From positions 200,824 through 264,823 of the forward strand of contig JAANOX010000242.1 in NCBI GenBank assembly GCA_020184695.1: a stretch of DNA of 64,000 bases, read 5' to 3'. This stretch comes from Histomonas meleagridis 2922-C6/04-290x. Taxonomy: Eukaryota; Protista; Parabasalia. Below are positions 30,358 to 41,200 of this stretch, in pieces. Made by a program: the position numbers and the translations under genes. The notes beneath the pieces were generated by a model, which was not told the DNA's origin, did not search any database, and worked only from the letters and a program-made list of their open reading frames with translations. Position 1 is the first letter of the stretch; each line of letters begins with the position of its first letter.

Positions 30358-30673
30358 AAGCTATGTGTCTGACTAAGCCGATGATTGCATTGAATCGCTC
30401 AGAAAATAATATCGTCTTTTCAATATCGATTTTACATATAACTTTTTAAGTAAAATTTCCAATAAAGTAAAATATTCAAAAATTTCCGACCGATGAAATC
30501 TTTCGGCAAAAATATTTTTGCTGAAAAAGTTATATTTTAACGGTTATAAAAACCATTCTGATGGAAATAAGTGAAAGTAAAGATTCATCTCTTATTAACG
30601 AATACAAAAAATATAATAATTGGTTCATTCAATTAAATAATAATTATGTCTTATTTTATTAAGCATAATAATG

Positions 30674-31650
30674 TTAAATAATTGATTTATTAAGTTTTAT
30701 TATATTAAATATTTGATATATTCGGTGGAATGTTTGGATTGTGCCAAAGAAAAAGAATGCCTTCTTGATTTTTTTATTTTTTTTTTTGTTTTTTTTTTTT
30801 GTTTCAATTTTCTCTTCTGCTATTTCATTCAATCCATCTGGTTCCTCACTTTCGTCGTCATCATTTTTCATATTTGATTTCTTTAGCACTTCTTTCAATG
30901 CATGTTACATCTTTTGTCGAATTGGAGCCCTTCTTTATCTATATTCTGTATTTGTTTAATTATTTGCGCACAATTTCACGTCGATCATTTAAACCATGTA
31001 CTTCTTCATCATATCTATTATCATCGAAACTTTGCGTTTCATCTGTTTTATTATTTCACTATCATAAATTTTCATTAACTTCTTTACGTATAGGTTTCTT
31101 TTCATTAAGTGGAAAACATTCTGTAACTTTCTCTATGCAAAACATTGATATATATTTTTCTAATAATTTATAGTCTTTGTCTTGAATTTCCCAATTTGTC
31201 TTTTTACTAAAGCTAATTCCAAAGTATTATCATATTACCAACTTGGGAAGATTAAACAAATTTCGGTAGTCGAAAAATTAATGTTTTGGAAAATTGCAAT
31301 ACACAATGAAATACTTCTAATGTCGGATTGGAATCAGCACCCTTTAAACATATTAAACAAAAATACTCAAGATCTTCAATGTTAACATTTTATGCAAATT
31401 TGTTCATGAAATTATACATTCAATAGCATCAATTGTAGCCCTTACAAAATTACATGAGTTTGGTGTTATAGTTAGTATACTAACAGATATATGTAATAAC
31501 AATGGTGTTGATGATTTCCCTTATTTTATGAAATTGCAATAGGATTAAAATACTTTCATTAACTGGTTCATGTGTTTTAGATTCATGTTCTTTTAATGCT
31601 TCAACAACTTTTGGTAAGAAAATTAATCATAACTCATATGAGTTTAGTAT
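30674..31650 (-). pseudogene. Decayed protein-coding remnant of unknown family
   Basis: Protein-like stretches (TNWEIQDKDYKLLEKYISMFCIEKVTECFPLNEKKPIRKE; TPNSCNFVRATIDAIEC) broken by many stops and frameshifts. Confidence 0.45.
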
Positions 31651-32501
31651 TTGTAATAATGTTAACATTAATAATAATCGATAAAATAATGTTGGTGTGA
31701 TTGAGCTTCTGTTGTTGGATTTCATTCCATTAAGTAATACAGATGCAAGTGAAGGATTTGGTTATGATGGTTTATTTTATTTTTTTCGATTTTGTGTTTA
31801 TTTGTAATTTTTAAAATTAATTTAAATATATTATTGCTTTGTACCACATAAAAAAATTCGATTTTTTAAGTAAATGCTTCTAAAAATGGTAAACTTAAAG
31901 TCAAATTTTAAAACATGGAAAAATTAATGTAAAAAAACAGTAGAAAGTAATTATTCAAAAGTTATTTAATGTTTGATAAATAACAATTCAATGTATTACA
32001 AAGTATCAAAGGTATTTGCGTTTTTAATATTTCATATTAATAATTTATACGCAATAAATCTTCATATACATGTGTGAGAATAATACATTGTAATAAAGAT
32101 ATGATTTTTTTTATTTAAGTTAAAGAAATTCTTTAACACTTATATGTTAATTATATTTCTTATATTTCAATTTAATTTTTTAATGTTTTAATTTTTGATT
32201 ATCATATAAAATATATTTATTTGATTCATTTTGATTTGTTTACTACTACATAATATATTCAACTCTATATGGCCTCATTAAAATTGATAAATTTTACTTC
32301 ATTGAATAAAAAGATATCGATATTATAAAATGTATTTATTCATTTTAATTCCAATTTATTTAAATTTGACATTGGATATTTAATTTAATAGATGGATACT
32401 TGAAAATCCTTTGAGGTCATGACCCATGAATAAAGAAGTTTGCATCCGAAATTTCAGATTACAATTCAATTAAAAACGATCAAAACCAAAAACGAGTTTT
32501 C

Positions 32502-33151
32502 ATGTCTATTCAAGATTGTAGAACTGTGAAAAACACAAAGATAATTGACGCTTTGAAACAACAACTTGACCATAAAACTTTGATGGCATCCTATGGTAAC
32601 AATTATAAAGTTAATTTCGAAAGAATAACTCTTTTAATTAATATTAAAAACACCAAAGAAAATATGATTGTTATTCCAATTTTAAACAAACCATTAACTA
32701 GGCTCATTGCTGAAACATTTATAACGGTCGAAATCGAAGATTTGGGAACTATAGATGATGTATTAACTTTTTTACATGTCAATTTATGGATAGTTTGGAA
32801 GTTAGATTAACCGATTTCAACGTAAAACCTTTCGCAGGTAACTTACCAAGATATTTTAGCATAGATAGTTTATCTGATTTTTTTAAACCGTATCTAATAT
32901 TTAATTCAAATGATCGTCTTTTTTACGTAATTCCACCAGATAATTCAAGTAAAGGTGTATACATCGGAATTGAAACTCATGAAGATGGTATTCCCATCCA
33001 AAAATTTTTTAATTTGCAATCCCCTCATAAACTCACACCAATAAATATTGAAACACCAAAAAATGGGATATTCGATTACATAAGAAGTTTCTTCAGTTCA
33101 TCAAAAAACTCCACAGTTAGAAATGGAAACCATTATGATAAGTTAGATTAA
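32502..33151 (+). CDS. Hypothetical protein (~216 aa) split by an apparent 1-nt deletion in a T run near 32770
   Basis: ORFs 32502-32810 and 32786-33151 join as DDVLTFFTCQFMDSLEV if T6 were T7. Confidence 0.6.
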
Positions 33152-33627
33152 CAACAATATATTTCTTTAAAAAATGCTTATGTTTATTTTTTATAAATGA
33201 CATTGCAAAATTGAAATTAGTTTGATTGAAAAATTTTCATTAACTCAATTAGAAGATTAGGAATTTATTGATGGTAAATAACTGTTTTATCGCAAATCAT
33301 TGCGCTTTAAATCACATTTAAAGTGGAGCTTAGTTGAATAATCAAAACCATTTTTAAGGCACCCCAAATATAACCGTTTGACCAAACACCAAATTTGGCG
33401 GTTTTATCCATATGGTGTTTCATTCGATAACATTTCTTCATATGTATTATAAATTTTTTTAAAAACTTATTTACAATAATCACAACCTTAAGTGATATCT
33501 TTTTGCCAAATTATATTAATTTTCATAAATTTGTTATTGCTGAAACACCCATTTTTTTACCCATTGTCAAAATGGCCGGACAAATAAAATTTCTCAAAAT
33601 AAACGGTTATGACAGACCACATTTGTA

Positions 33628-35301
33628 ATGAGCTTAATAACTCTATTACTCTTTGGCTTAGTCCTCTCGGATGAAGAAGGACAATTGCCTATGAGACCAG
33701 AAGGCAATGTTTTTCACTTCCAATCATTCAACGATCCCGATTGGGAGAAAAAGTGGATTATCACACAACTTCCAAACTACACAGGACAATGGAAAGTTGA
33801 AGAATCAAAAGAACCACAATCATACCCAGGTGAAAAAATGATTTTCATGAAAACAGCCATGGCTTATTATGGTCTTTCTACAAAGTTTGATACACCACTC
33901 GATCTTACTGATCAAACTCTTGTTGTTCAATATGAACTTCGTCTTCAAGAAACACTTGAATGTGGTGGTGCTTACATCAAACTTTTCGGAAAGGATAACT
34001 TCGAACCAACAACACTTTGTAACGAAACACGTTATGTAATTATGTTCGGTCCAGATAAATGTGGTTCAACTAACAAAGTTCACTTTATCTTCCGTCATAA
34101 GAATCCAAAGACTGGAGTAGTCGAAGAGAAACATATGACTAATGCACCATCAATCAAGACAGATAAGAACAATCATCTTTATACATTAATTGTTCGTCCA
34201 GACAATTCATTTGAAATTCTTATTGATGCTGAATCAGTTAAACAAGGCAATCTTCTTACTGACTTTGCTCCTTCTGTTAACCCACCAAAGGAAATTGATG
34301 ATCCAACAGATGTCAAACCAGATGATTGGGTTGATGAAGAAATGATTCCAGATCCAGAAGCCAAGAAACCAGATGATTGGGATGAAGATGAACCAGAATA
34401 CATCAAAGATCCAGAAAAGCTTTCACCACCAGAAGGTTGGCTTGTTGATGAACCTAAATTTATTCCAGATCCAGAAGCCCAAAAGCCAGACGATTGGGAT
34501 GATGATATCCATGGGGAATGGGAAGCCCCAACAGTAGCAAATCCAAAGTGTGAAGCAGCACCAGGATGTGGCGAATATGAAGCTCCACTCATTAAGAACC
34601 CGAACTACAAAGGCAAATGGCACGCACCACAGATCAAGAACCCAGCTTACAAAGGTGTTTGGAAGCCACGTCAAATTCCAAATCCAGACTATTTCGAAGA
34701 TTTACATCCACATAACTTCCCAACAATCATTGGCGCAGGTTTCGAACTTTGGATGGTCAACAAGGAACTTGGCTTTAACAACATTCTCATTTCCACCGAT
34801 GAAGCAGTTGTTCACAAATGGAATAAGGATCATTTCACACCTAAACATACTGCTCAAGAAGAAAAGACAAAGAAAGAAGAGAAGAAAGAAAAGGCTAGCG
34901 AGAAAGCAGAAAGCTTCACAGGCGCATTAACAGATTTCGTATCAACAATTAAGGATGCTTGGACTAACCTTTACTCAGAGAACCAAATCGCAACAGTTGC
35001 TATCACAGCAATCGGTGGCCTTATCCCAGTTGTCCTTATGATCGTTATCTGTTGCCGTAAACCAGCACCAAAGGCTAAGCCAGCAGCAGAAAAGAAGCCA
35101 AAGGCTGAAGAAAAGAAAGAAGAAAAGAAGCCAAAGGTTGAAGAAGTTAAGGAAGAAACAAAGGAGGCTGAAAATAAGCCAGAATCAGAATCAGAATCTG
35201 ATTCATCATCAAGCAGCGAAGATGAAAAGAAAGAAGAAGAAAAGCCAAAGGTGCAAAAGCGCAATCCAAAACGTAAAGAAAGAAAACTCGATGGATTCTA
35301 A
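33628..35301 (+). CDS. CANX: Calnexin
   Basis: Signal peptide, CGGAYIKL, IMFGPDKCG, P-domain repeats (DPxxxKPDDW, GxWxxPxIxNPxYKG), C-terminal TM and acidic/basic cytosolic tail. Confidence 0.95.
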   Translation: MSLITLLLFGLVLSDEEGQLPMRPEGNVFHFQSFNDPDWEKKWIITQLPNYTGQWKVEESKEPQSYPGEKMIFMKTAMAYYGLSTKFDTPLDLTDQTLVVQYELRLQETLECGGAYIKLFGKDNFEPTTLCNETRYVIMFGPDKCGSTNKVHFIFRHKNPKTGVVEEKHMTNAPSIKTDKNNHLYTLIVRPDNSFEILIDAESVKQGNLLTDFAPSVNPPKEIDDPTDVKPDDWVDEEMIPDPEAKKPDDWDEDEPEYIKDPEKLSPPEGWLVDEPKFIPDPEAQKPDDWDDDIHGEWEAPTVANPKCEAAPGCGEYEAPLIKNPNYKGKWHAPQIKNPAYKGVWKPRQIPNPDYFEDLHPHNFPTIIGAGFELWMVNKELGFNNILISTDEAVVHKWNKDHFTPKHTAQEEKTKKEEKKEKASEKAESFTGALTDFVSTIKDAWTNLYSENQIATVAITAIGGLIPVVLMIVICCRKPAPKAKPAAEKKPKAEEKKEEKKPKVEEVKEETKEAENKPESESESDSSSSSEDEKKEEEKPKVQKRNPKRKERKLDGF

Positions 35302-35709
35302 TAAACAGTAGCTAACACATCATAAAAATGTTTTTCCAAAATCAATCGAAGTGAATTCACTATTAAAAACGTTTACAAAAATTTTTTGTTTGAATAAATT
35401 TCTTCGTTGCAACGTTCTAATTTACGCAAATTTCGTTCCATTCGGTAAAATGTTTATAATTATTTTTCACCGTTAAGGAAGGATAGCCTCAAATAATGAC
35501 TTTTTATTAATGCACGAGTGAAGTTGAGAGTGAACTATTTGCTTCACTTCCCCGGAGAAGTTAAAATTAAGCCGTTGGTGTTTACTACATTCTCAATTTT
35601 TTTTGCCAATGATTGAAAAAGTTCCATGTCGCTATCGTGGTATATTCAAAAGTAACGGTGATAAAGAGTGAAGGAAATTTTCGGTTTTAATCATACAGAA
35701 TTTGGAACA

Positions 35710-38445
35710 ATGATTCAAGCAAAAGAAAAATTTGTGCCTACGCCAAGCTCACCTAGAAGAAACCCATTTTGTGATGGAAATGGAAAGCAGTTTGACTTGT
35801 TTTTTGCAGAATCAATTAATGGTTTTATCTTATCACATTTTCCTATTTCAAGTAATTATCAATCTTATGAAGAATATGAATTTGATGTTGATGTATGGTA
35901 CACGTCACTGGTAAATACTTTAAAAAATAATATTTATCAAAATAATTTAAGCCTTTTTTTAAGAAGACCACCTATTAACTACACAGAATATTATGGCAAA
36001 AACCAGTTTCGTATTGGGCCTCTTCATTTCAAACAAATTGAAGAAACAATATTGTTAGGATTACCATATGACAAAAATTCTATATTTGACGAAAAAATAA
36101 ATAAAAACGAAGTTCCAATTAGCCAGTGGATAATCCCAAATTGTCCATGGAATAGCTGGAGTATTCCACAATTTCCTGATCCAAATTTTTATGATAATTT
36201 TGAAGATTTTTCCAAAGCCGCAAAAAATTGGTACGAAATCTCATCTCAACTTATACGATGCAAAGCACGAGATTTTAAAGAAATCAAAGAAAGCACAGAA
36301 TCTTTACCCATTCGAACATGGACTGATGTCACAAACGAAACATCCAAGGAACTAGAAAACTTTATATGGCATCCATCATCATTTCCATATCAACAATATG
36401 TTGAGAAGCAACCAATTAAGAAACCAGCGCTTCCACCTCTTCCACCTCCAAGCCCCCAATTCACATTCTATTACATTGACAACCGACCAATTAACGAGTC
36501 AATGATTTCAAGTCAAATTAATCGTCTTTTAGGTGCGTACAAAAAAGGTTTCACACTTGACTTTGAAGTCCGGGTCCATCCACTTATAGTCGAATTTACT
36601 AATTATGGATGTGATGCATTTGATAGCACCACGACGATTGATGAAAAAGAATTACCACCTGCTAAGTTGACAATATTCGAATTGTATCAAATTTTAAATT
36701 TAGATTATGACCAAATTTCGTATTATGAAAAGAATCAAGTATACGTAACAATTCTTGAAATATTAAATATATCGCGACCATTTTCATTATCATCAATGTT
36801 CTTGACGACATATTCATTATATGTCATATGTCGAATATTCATTGAACATTTAGAAAAACCATTCGAAATCATTGACCCGTGTTTTGGTTGTTTACGAGAT
36901 CCGACGTTTTATCCATATCATACTCAACTATTCAATTTATATTTCACACGGATTTTATTCAAAGTATTTGTCCAAATTAAAGAAAAAAAAGCAGCGAAAA
37001 TAATGAGACAACGGTACATTGATTTCCGCAGAGAAACCATTTCATATTTTGAAAAAAATCCATTTGTATTTGAATTCAAATCAAATATTTTACGTACAAC
37101 AAATTCAGGAGATGAATTTACTCATAGAATGAATGAACGCAAATATAACGTGATGAAGATAAGTTCATATAATGAATTTAATTCTCCGCCACATCGGAAA
37201 ACAATGGTTGCGTCGAGTAGTTTTTATAACGCCGATGCACATTTGTTTGGGTTTTGGCCTAATTCAGAAGAATCTTTTGATATTATAACACCAAATAATT
37301 CACCTTCATTACAAAACCAAATGTATGCGAATGTATTCGATGATAGTTTGGTTGGTACTTTAGTTTCGTTATATTTGGTTTCCTTTAATTTGGGCATGAA
37401 TGACTTAATATGTGGTAATTGTTTCATGTTTATTTCCTTCATACTCGAAAATTCAAGGCCTTGGTTTAACTACTTTACGAGCAAAGTGATTCGGAATAAG
37501 GAAATGATGCTGATGTTCATGAACGAATACTTTGATCATTATAATACAATTTCGTTGTCTTTGCCGGCGATCGTTAATTTTATGGTTTTGATATTCAAAA
37601 TCAAACCGTTATACGTTAGAAAACTACCAAATAATAACCGCTGGATATTTACGATCATTTCTAAGTCAACTCAACATTTGAAAACATCGTTTAGGGGCAC
37701 CCGGTTAATTGAATGCGTTCTAGAGTTTACATGCCGATACAATAGGGTGAAAAGTGACAACCTAAAATTACAACTCGACTGTACTCAGATCCATGCAATG
37801 TTGGCCGCCTTAATACCATATGAAAAGAATGTTGAAGTATTAGCTTCAGAGCTAAGGTCATTTGCGCTTTTGTTATCAGAACCAAATTCTATTGAAATTT
37901 TTAAGAACACAGAAATAACTAAGCAAATATTATACAACCTGAAAAATAGGAATAACAGGGTAAGGAAGGCTGCATGGAAGATAATTCGAAATCTGATAGT
38001 TTACAATCTTCCTAAATTAGACAAAATATTCCGCCTACAGAGCATTCGAAGGTCATTGGAAAGCGCATTCCATAATGGCGCATTAGCTACTGTCGAAATC
38101 TTGAAACTTTTGAGTAGTTTAATTCGCAAATTAACAAAAGATGATAAATTCATATCACAACAATACGCTTCGAACTTTTCGGCGATAATCAAATTCTTGA
38201 AGGAATGCGGGCTTAGTGAGTCAAAGATATTATTTACATTTGATGTCAAACATGGAACAGCTGAAAGTAATGCGCGGCGTAAACATGCGGTGGAGCAGTT
38301 CAGGAGGCTCATAGAGGCAAATCCAACAATCGCAAAGGCATTCGAGGAGATGAGTACGGAATTTGGAGCACTCAGTCCATCGAAGAAGGGCCAATCAAAA
38401 AGAAAGGAATTCTCTGTAAGGAGGAAAAAGCAAAGTAACAATTAA
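35710..38445 (+). CDS. Large hypothetical protein (trichomonad-type, FPDPxxYxxFxxF motif, C-terminal ARM-like helices)
   Basis: Long open frame; first ATG at 35710 (the track starts at GTG 35668). Confidence 0.75.
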   Translation: MIQAKEKFVPTPSSPRRNPFCDGNGKQFDLFFAESINGFILSHFPISSNYQSYEEYEFDVDVWYTSLVNTLKNNIYQNNLSLFLRRPPINYTEYYGKNQFRIGPLHFKQIEETILLGLPYDKNSIFDEKINKNEVPISQWIIPNCPWNSWSIPQFPDPNFYDNFEDFSKAAKNWYEISSQLIRCKARDFKEIKESTESLPIRTWTDVTNETSKELENFIWHPSSFPYQQYVEKQPIKKPALPPLPPPSPQFTFYYIDNRPINESMISSQINRLLGAYKKGFTLDFEVRVHPLIVEFTNYGCDAFDSTTTIDEKELPPAKLTIFELYQILNLDYDQISYYEKNQVYVTILEILNISRPFSLSSMFLTTYSLYVICRIFIEHLEKPFEIIDPCFGCLRDPTFYPYHTQLFNLYFTRILFKVFVQIKEKKAAKIMRQRYIDFRRETISYFEKNPFVFEFKSNILRTTNSGDEFTHRMNERKYNVMKISSYNEFNSPPHRKTMVASSSFYNADAHLFGFWPNSEESFDIITPNNSPSLQNQMYANVFDDSLVGTLVSLYLVSFNLGMNDLICGNCFMFISFILENSRPWFNYFTSKVIRNKEMMLMFMNEYFDHYNTISLSLPAIVNFMVLIFKIKPLYVRKLPNNNRWIFTIISKSTQHLKTSFRGTRLIECVLEFTCRYNRVKSDNLKLQLDCTQIHAMLAALIPYEKNVEVLASELRSFALLLSEPNSIEIFKNTEITKQILYNLKNRNNRVRKAAWKIIRNLIVYNLPKLDKIFRLQSIRRSLESAFHNGALATVEILKLLSSLIRKLTKDDKFISQQYASNFSAIIKFLKECGLSESKILFTFDVKHGTAESNARRKHAVEQFRRLIEANPTIAKAFEEMSTEFGALSPSKKGQSKRKEFSVRRKKQSNN

Positions 38446-38612
38446 TAAATGTTTAGAATAAAACATTTTTTTAACTACAGCTTCCAACACAAGCAGGTGT
38501 AAAGCACTCAGAAATTCTATGGGATTTGACCGTCAAAATTAGGTCACAACTGTAGGAAATTTAAGGGTGCAAGGTTTTTAAGTAGTTTATTTGCTTCCCC
38601 AGGAATCACAGA

Positions 38613-41153
38613 ATGAAAAAAGTTTTATTGATGTTTTACCTTCTTACTTTATTTATCTTTCCAACTTGTTCATTCATTACCTCAAGCTCTCAATCATTTG
38701 TTGACTATTTTGACAATTCATTTAAATTCAATAATTTTAATTTCCAAAATTATCCAAACGCACAAATAAAATCATTTCATTGTACAATGTCCTACTCTCA
38801 GCTAAGTTGTGTTTTAGATAAGATAATGAAAACATATTTTATATTTTTTAAATTCACAAATTTAAAACATTACTCTTATTTTATGAATAAGATTCTTCAT
38901 TTGAACTTTGATTTTGGACAAATTTATGTTAAATTATTAATGTTATTCAGAATTTTTTTTGGCGTTAAAATAATATTATAAAAAAAAAAAAAATTTTAAT
39001 AAAGAAAACATTTATCGAAAAAAATAAAATACATTATACTTCAAAGTGGAACTACCACTATTCCAAATGAACATTTTTCATCATATCCTTTATTACAAAA
39101 TGTAACAATTCAAGCAGAAATTACATTAATTGGTGATTATGCATTTAATCAATGTCCTAAATTAATGAAAATTATAGTTCCAAATTCCGTTAAATCGATT
39201 GGTACATCAGCATTTCAATCATGTAAATCATTACAATATATAACGATCCCAAATTCCGTTGAATCGATTGGTACATCAGCATTTCAATCATGTGAATCAT
39301 TACAATATATAACGATCCCAAATTTAGTTACAACGATTAGTTATAATTTATTTCGATCATGTACTTCATTAAAGACTATTAATATTCCTGATTTAGTTAC
39401 AATAATTGAATCTTCATCATTTTATGGCTGTTCATCATTAATAAGTATTATAATTCCAAAATTAGTTACATCTATTAGTGAAAATGTATTTCGATCATGT
39501 TCATCATTAATAAATGTAAGTATTGCAGAAGGAGTTGAAGAAATTAAAAACAATGTATTTTATGACTGTTCTTCATTAAAAAGTATTATAATTCCATGTT
39601 CAGTTATAACTATTGGTGAAAGTGTATTTCGTGCATGTACGTCATTAATAAATATAACTCTTGAAGAAGGTATTAAAGAAATTGGCGCCAATGCATTTTA
39701 TGGCTGTACATCATTAATAAATATTACAATTCCGAATTCAATTACATTAATTGGTGAAAATGTATTTTCTGGATGCACAAGTCTTCAATTTATAAAAGTA
39801 TTAGAAAATAATACGAATTATTCTAATTATGAAAATGATGGAATTCTTTATAATAAAAATCATACGCAAATTATTATTTATCCGCCAGGAAAAGAAAGTG
39901 AAACAATTACAATATCAAAAGACATAAATATACTTGAAAAATATGCATTTTATCAATGTACTTCATTAATATATATTACAATTCCAGGGACAATTGAAAC
40001 AATTGGTGCTTCTGCATTTTATCAATGTTCTAATTTAGCTACAGTTATTATTGAAGAAGGTGTTAAGGAAATAGGAAGTTTTTCATTTCAATCATGCTAT
40101 TCATTAACAAGCATTACGATACCGAAATCAGTTACAATAATAAGTGAAAATAATATATTTGCAGGATGTACGAAACTTCACTTTATAAACGTTTCTAAGT
40201 ATAATATAAATTATTATAATGATGAAAAAGGAATTCTTTATAATAAAAATAAAACGGAAATTCTTTGTTTTCCTATTGGGAAAGAATATAAAATATTTGA
40301 AATTCCAAATTCTATAACAAAAATTTGTTCATATGCATTTTATCAATGTATTAACTTAAGTACGATTTATATTAAAGAAAATGTAAATGAAATTTGTGAA
40401 TGTGCATTTTCTGAATGTAGTATTCTTCACTGTATTTATTATTATGGAACAACAAGTCCTACAGTTGGATCAAATGCATTTAATTCCAATACTATTGTCA
40501 TGACATCGAATGAATATAATGAAACTAAATTTGGAAATTTAGATGTTAATAAAGAAACAACAATTGAAGGATGTGATCCATGGCCTACGAAATCATTTTC
40601 GCAATCAAATACATTCTCTAATACGTTCACACAATCGAATACATACTCACATTCAAACACATATTCACAATCGAATGCATTCTCTAAATCTAACACACTC
40701 ACAATGGCTAATGACACCGTCACATATTCTCTCACCATTGTCCATTCATTTTTACTCGTCACCTATCTCCATAACTCGTTCACTCTCACTATGATTGGCT
40801 CCGACTTCACGTACGTCACCACCGACTTCATATACTACGACTATTCGCTCATCATCTTCACAACCTACTTCAGCTTCATCCACAACTTCATCACTGTTGC
40901 GCCAACCGCGTCGCAGCAGTCGGGCAGCGGCCTTTCGAAGGGCGCTGTCATCGGAATCATTTGCGGCGGCGTCGTAATCGTTTTGGTCATCATCGGCATC
41001 GTCATATTTGTGGTTAAGCGCGGCAATGCGAACAAGCGAATCAACCTGTCGACCGTGGAGGAGGCCGCCACGTCATCGTACATCGAAAATTCCGTTGTAG
41101 TGGACCAGGAAGTGAACAAGTTCGTCAAGGAAGACAACGACCAGTGGATTTAA
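38613..41153 (+). CDS. BspA-like surface protein copy 1 (leader ORF 38613-38981 disconnected; main ORF 39165-41153) with GC-rich C-terminal anchor
   Basis: TpLRR repeats, CIYYYG cap, SNTF stalk, TM AVIGIICGGVVIVLVIIGIVIFVV and tail DQWI. An A-run and stop at ~38980 and a ~150-nt deletion relative to copy 2 remove the LFLFTIFFIHAFQTF segment. Confidence 0.8.
38665..40699 (+). repeat. Left arm of ~2 kb inverted duplication (partner 50150-52333)
   Basis: Near-identical reverse-complement sequence; the translations match residue for residue over the LRR region. Confidence 0.93.
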
Positions 41154-41200
41154 TAGGGAATTCGGAACAAAAGTAGAGTAAAAGTGAATTGGAAATTTTA

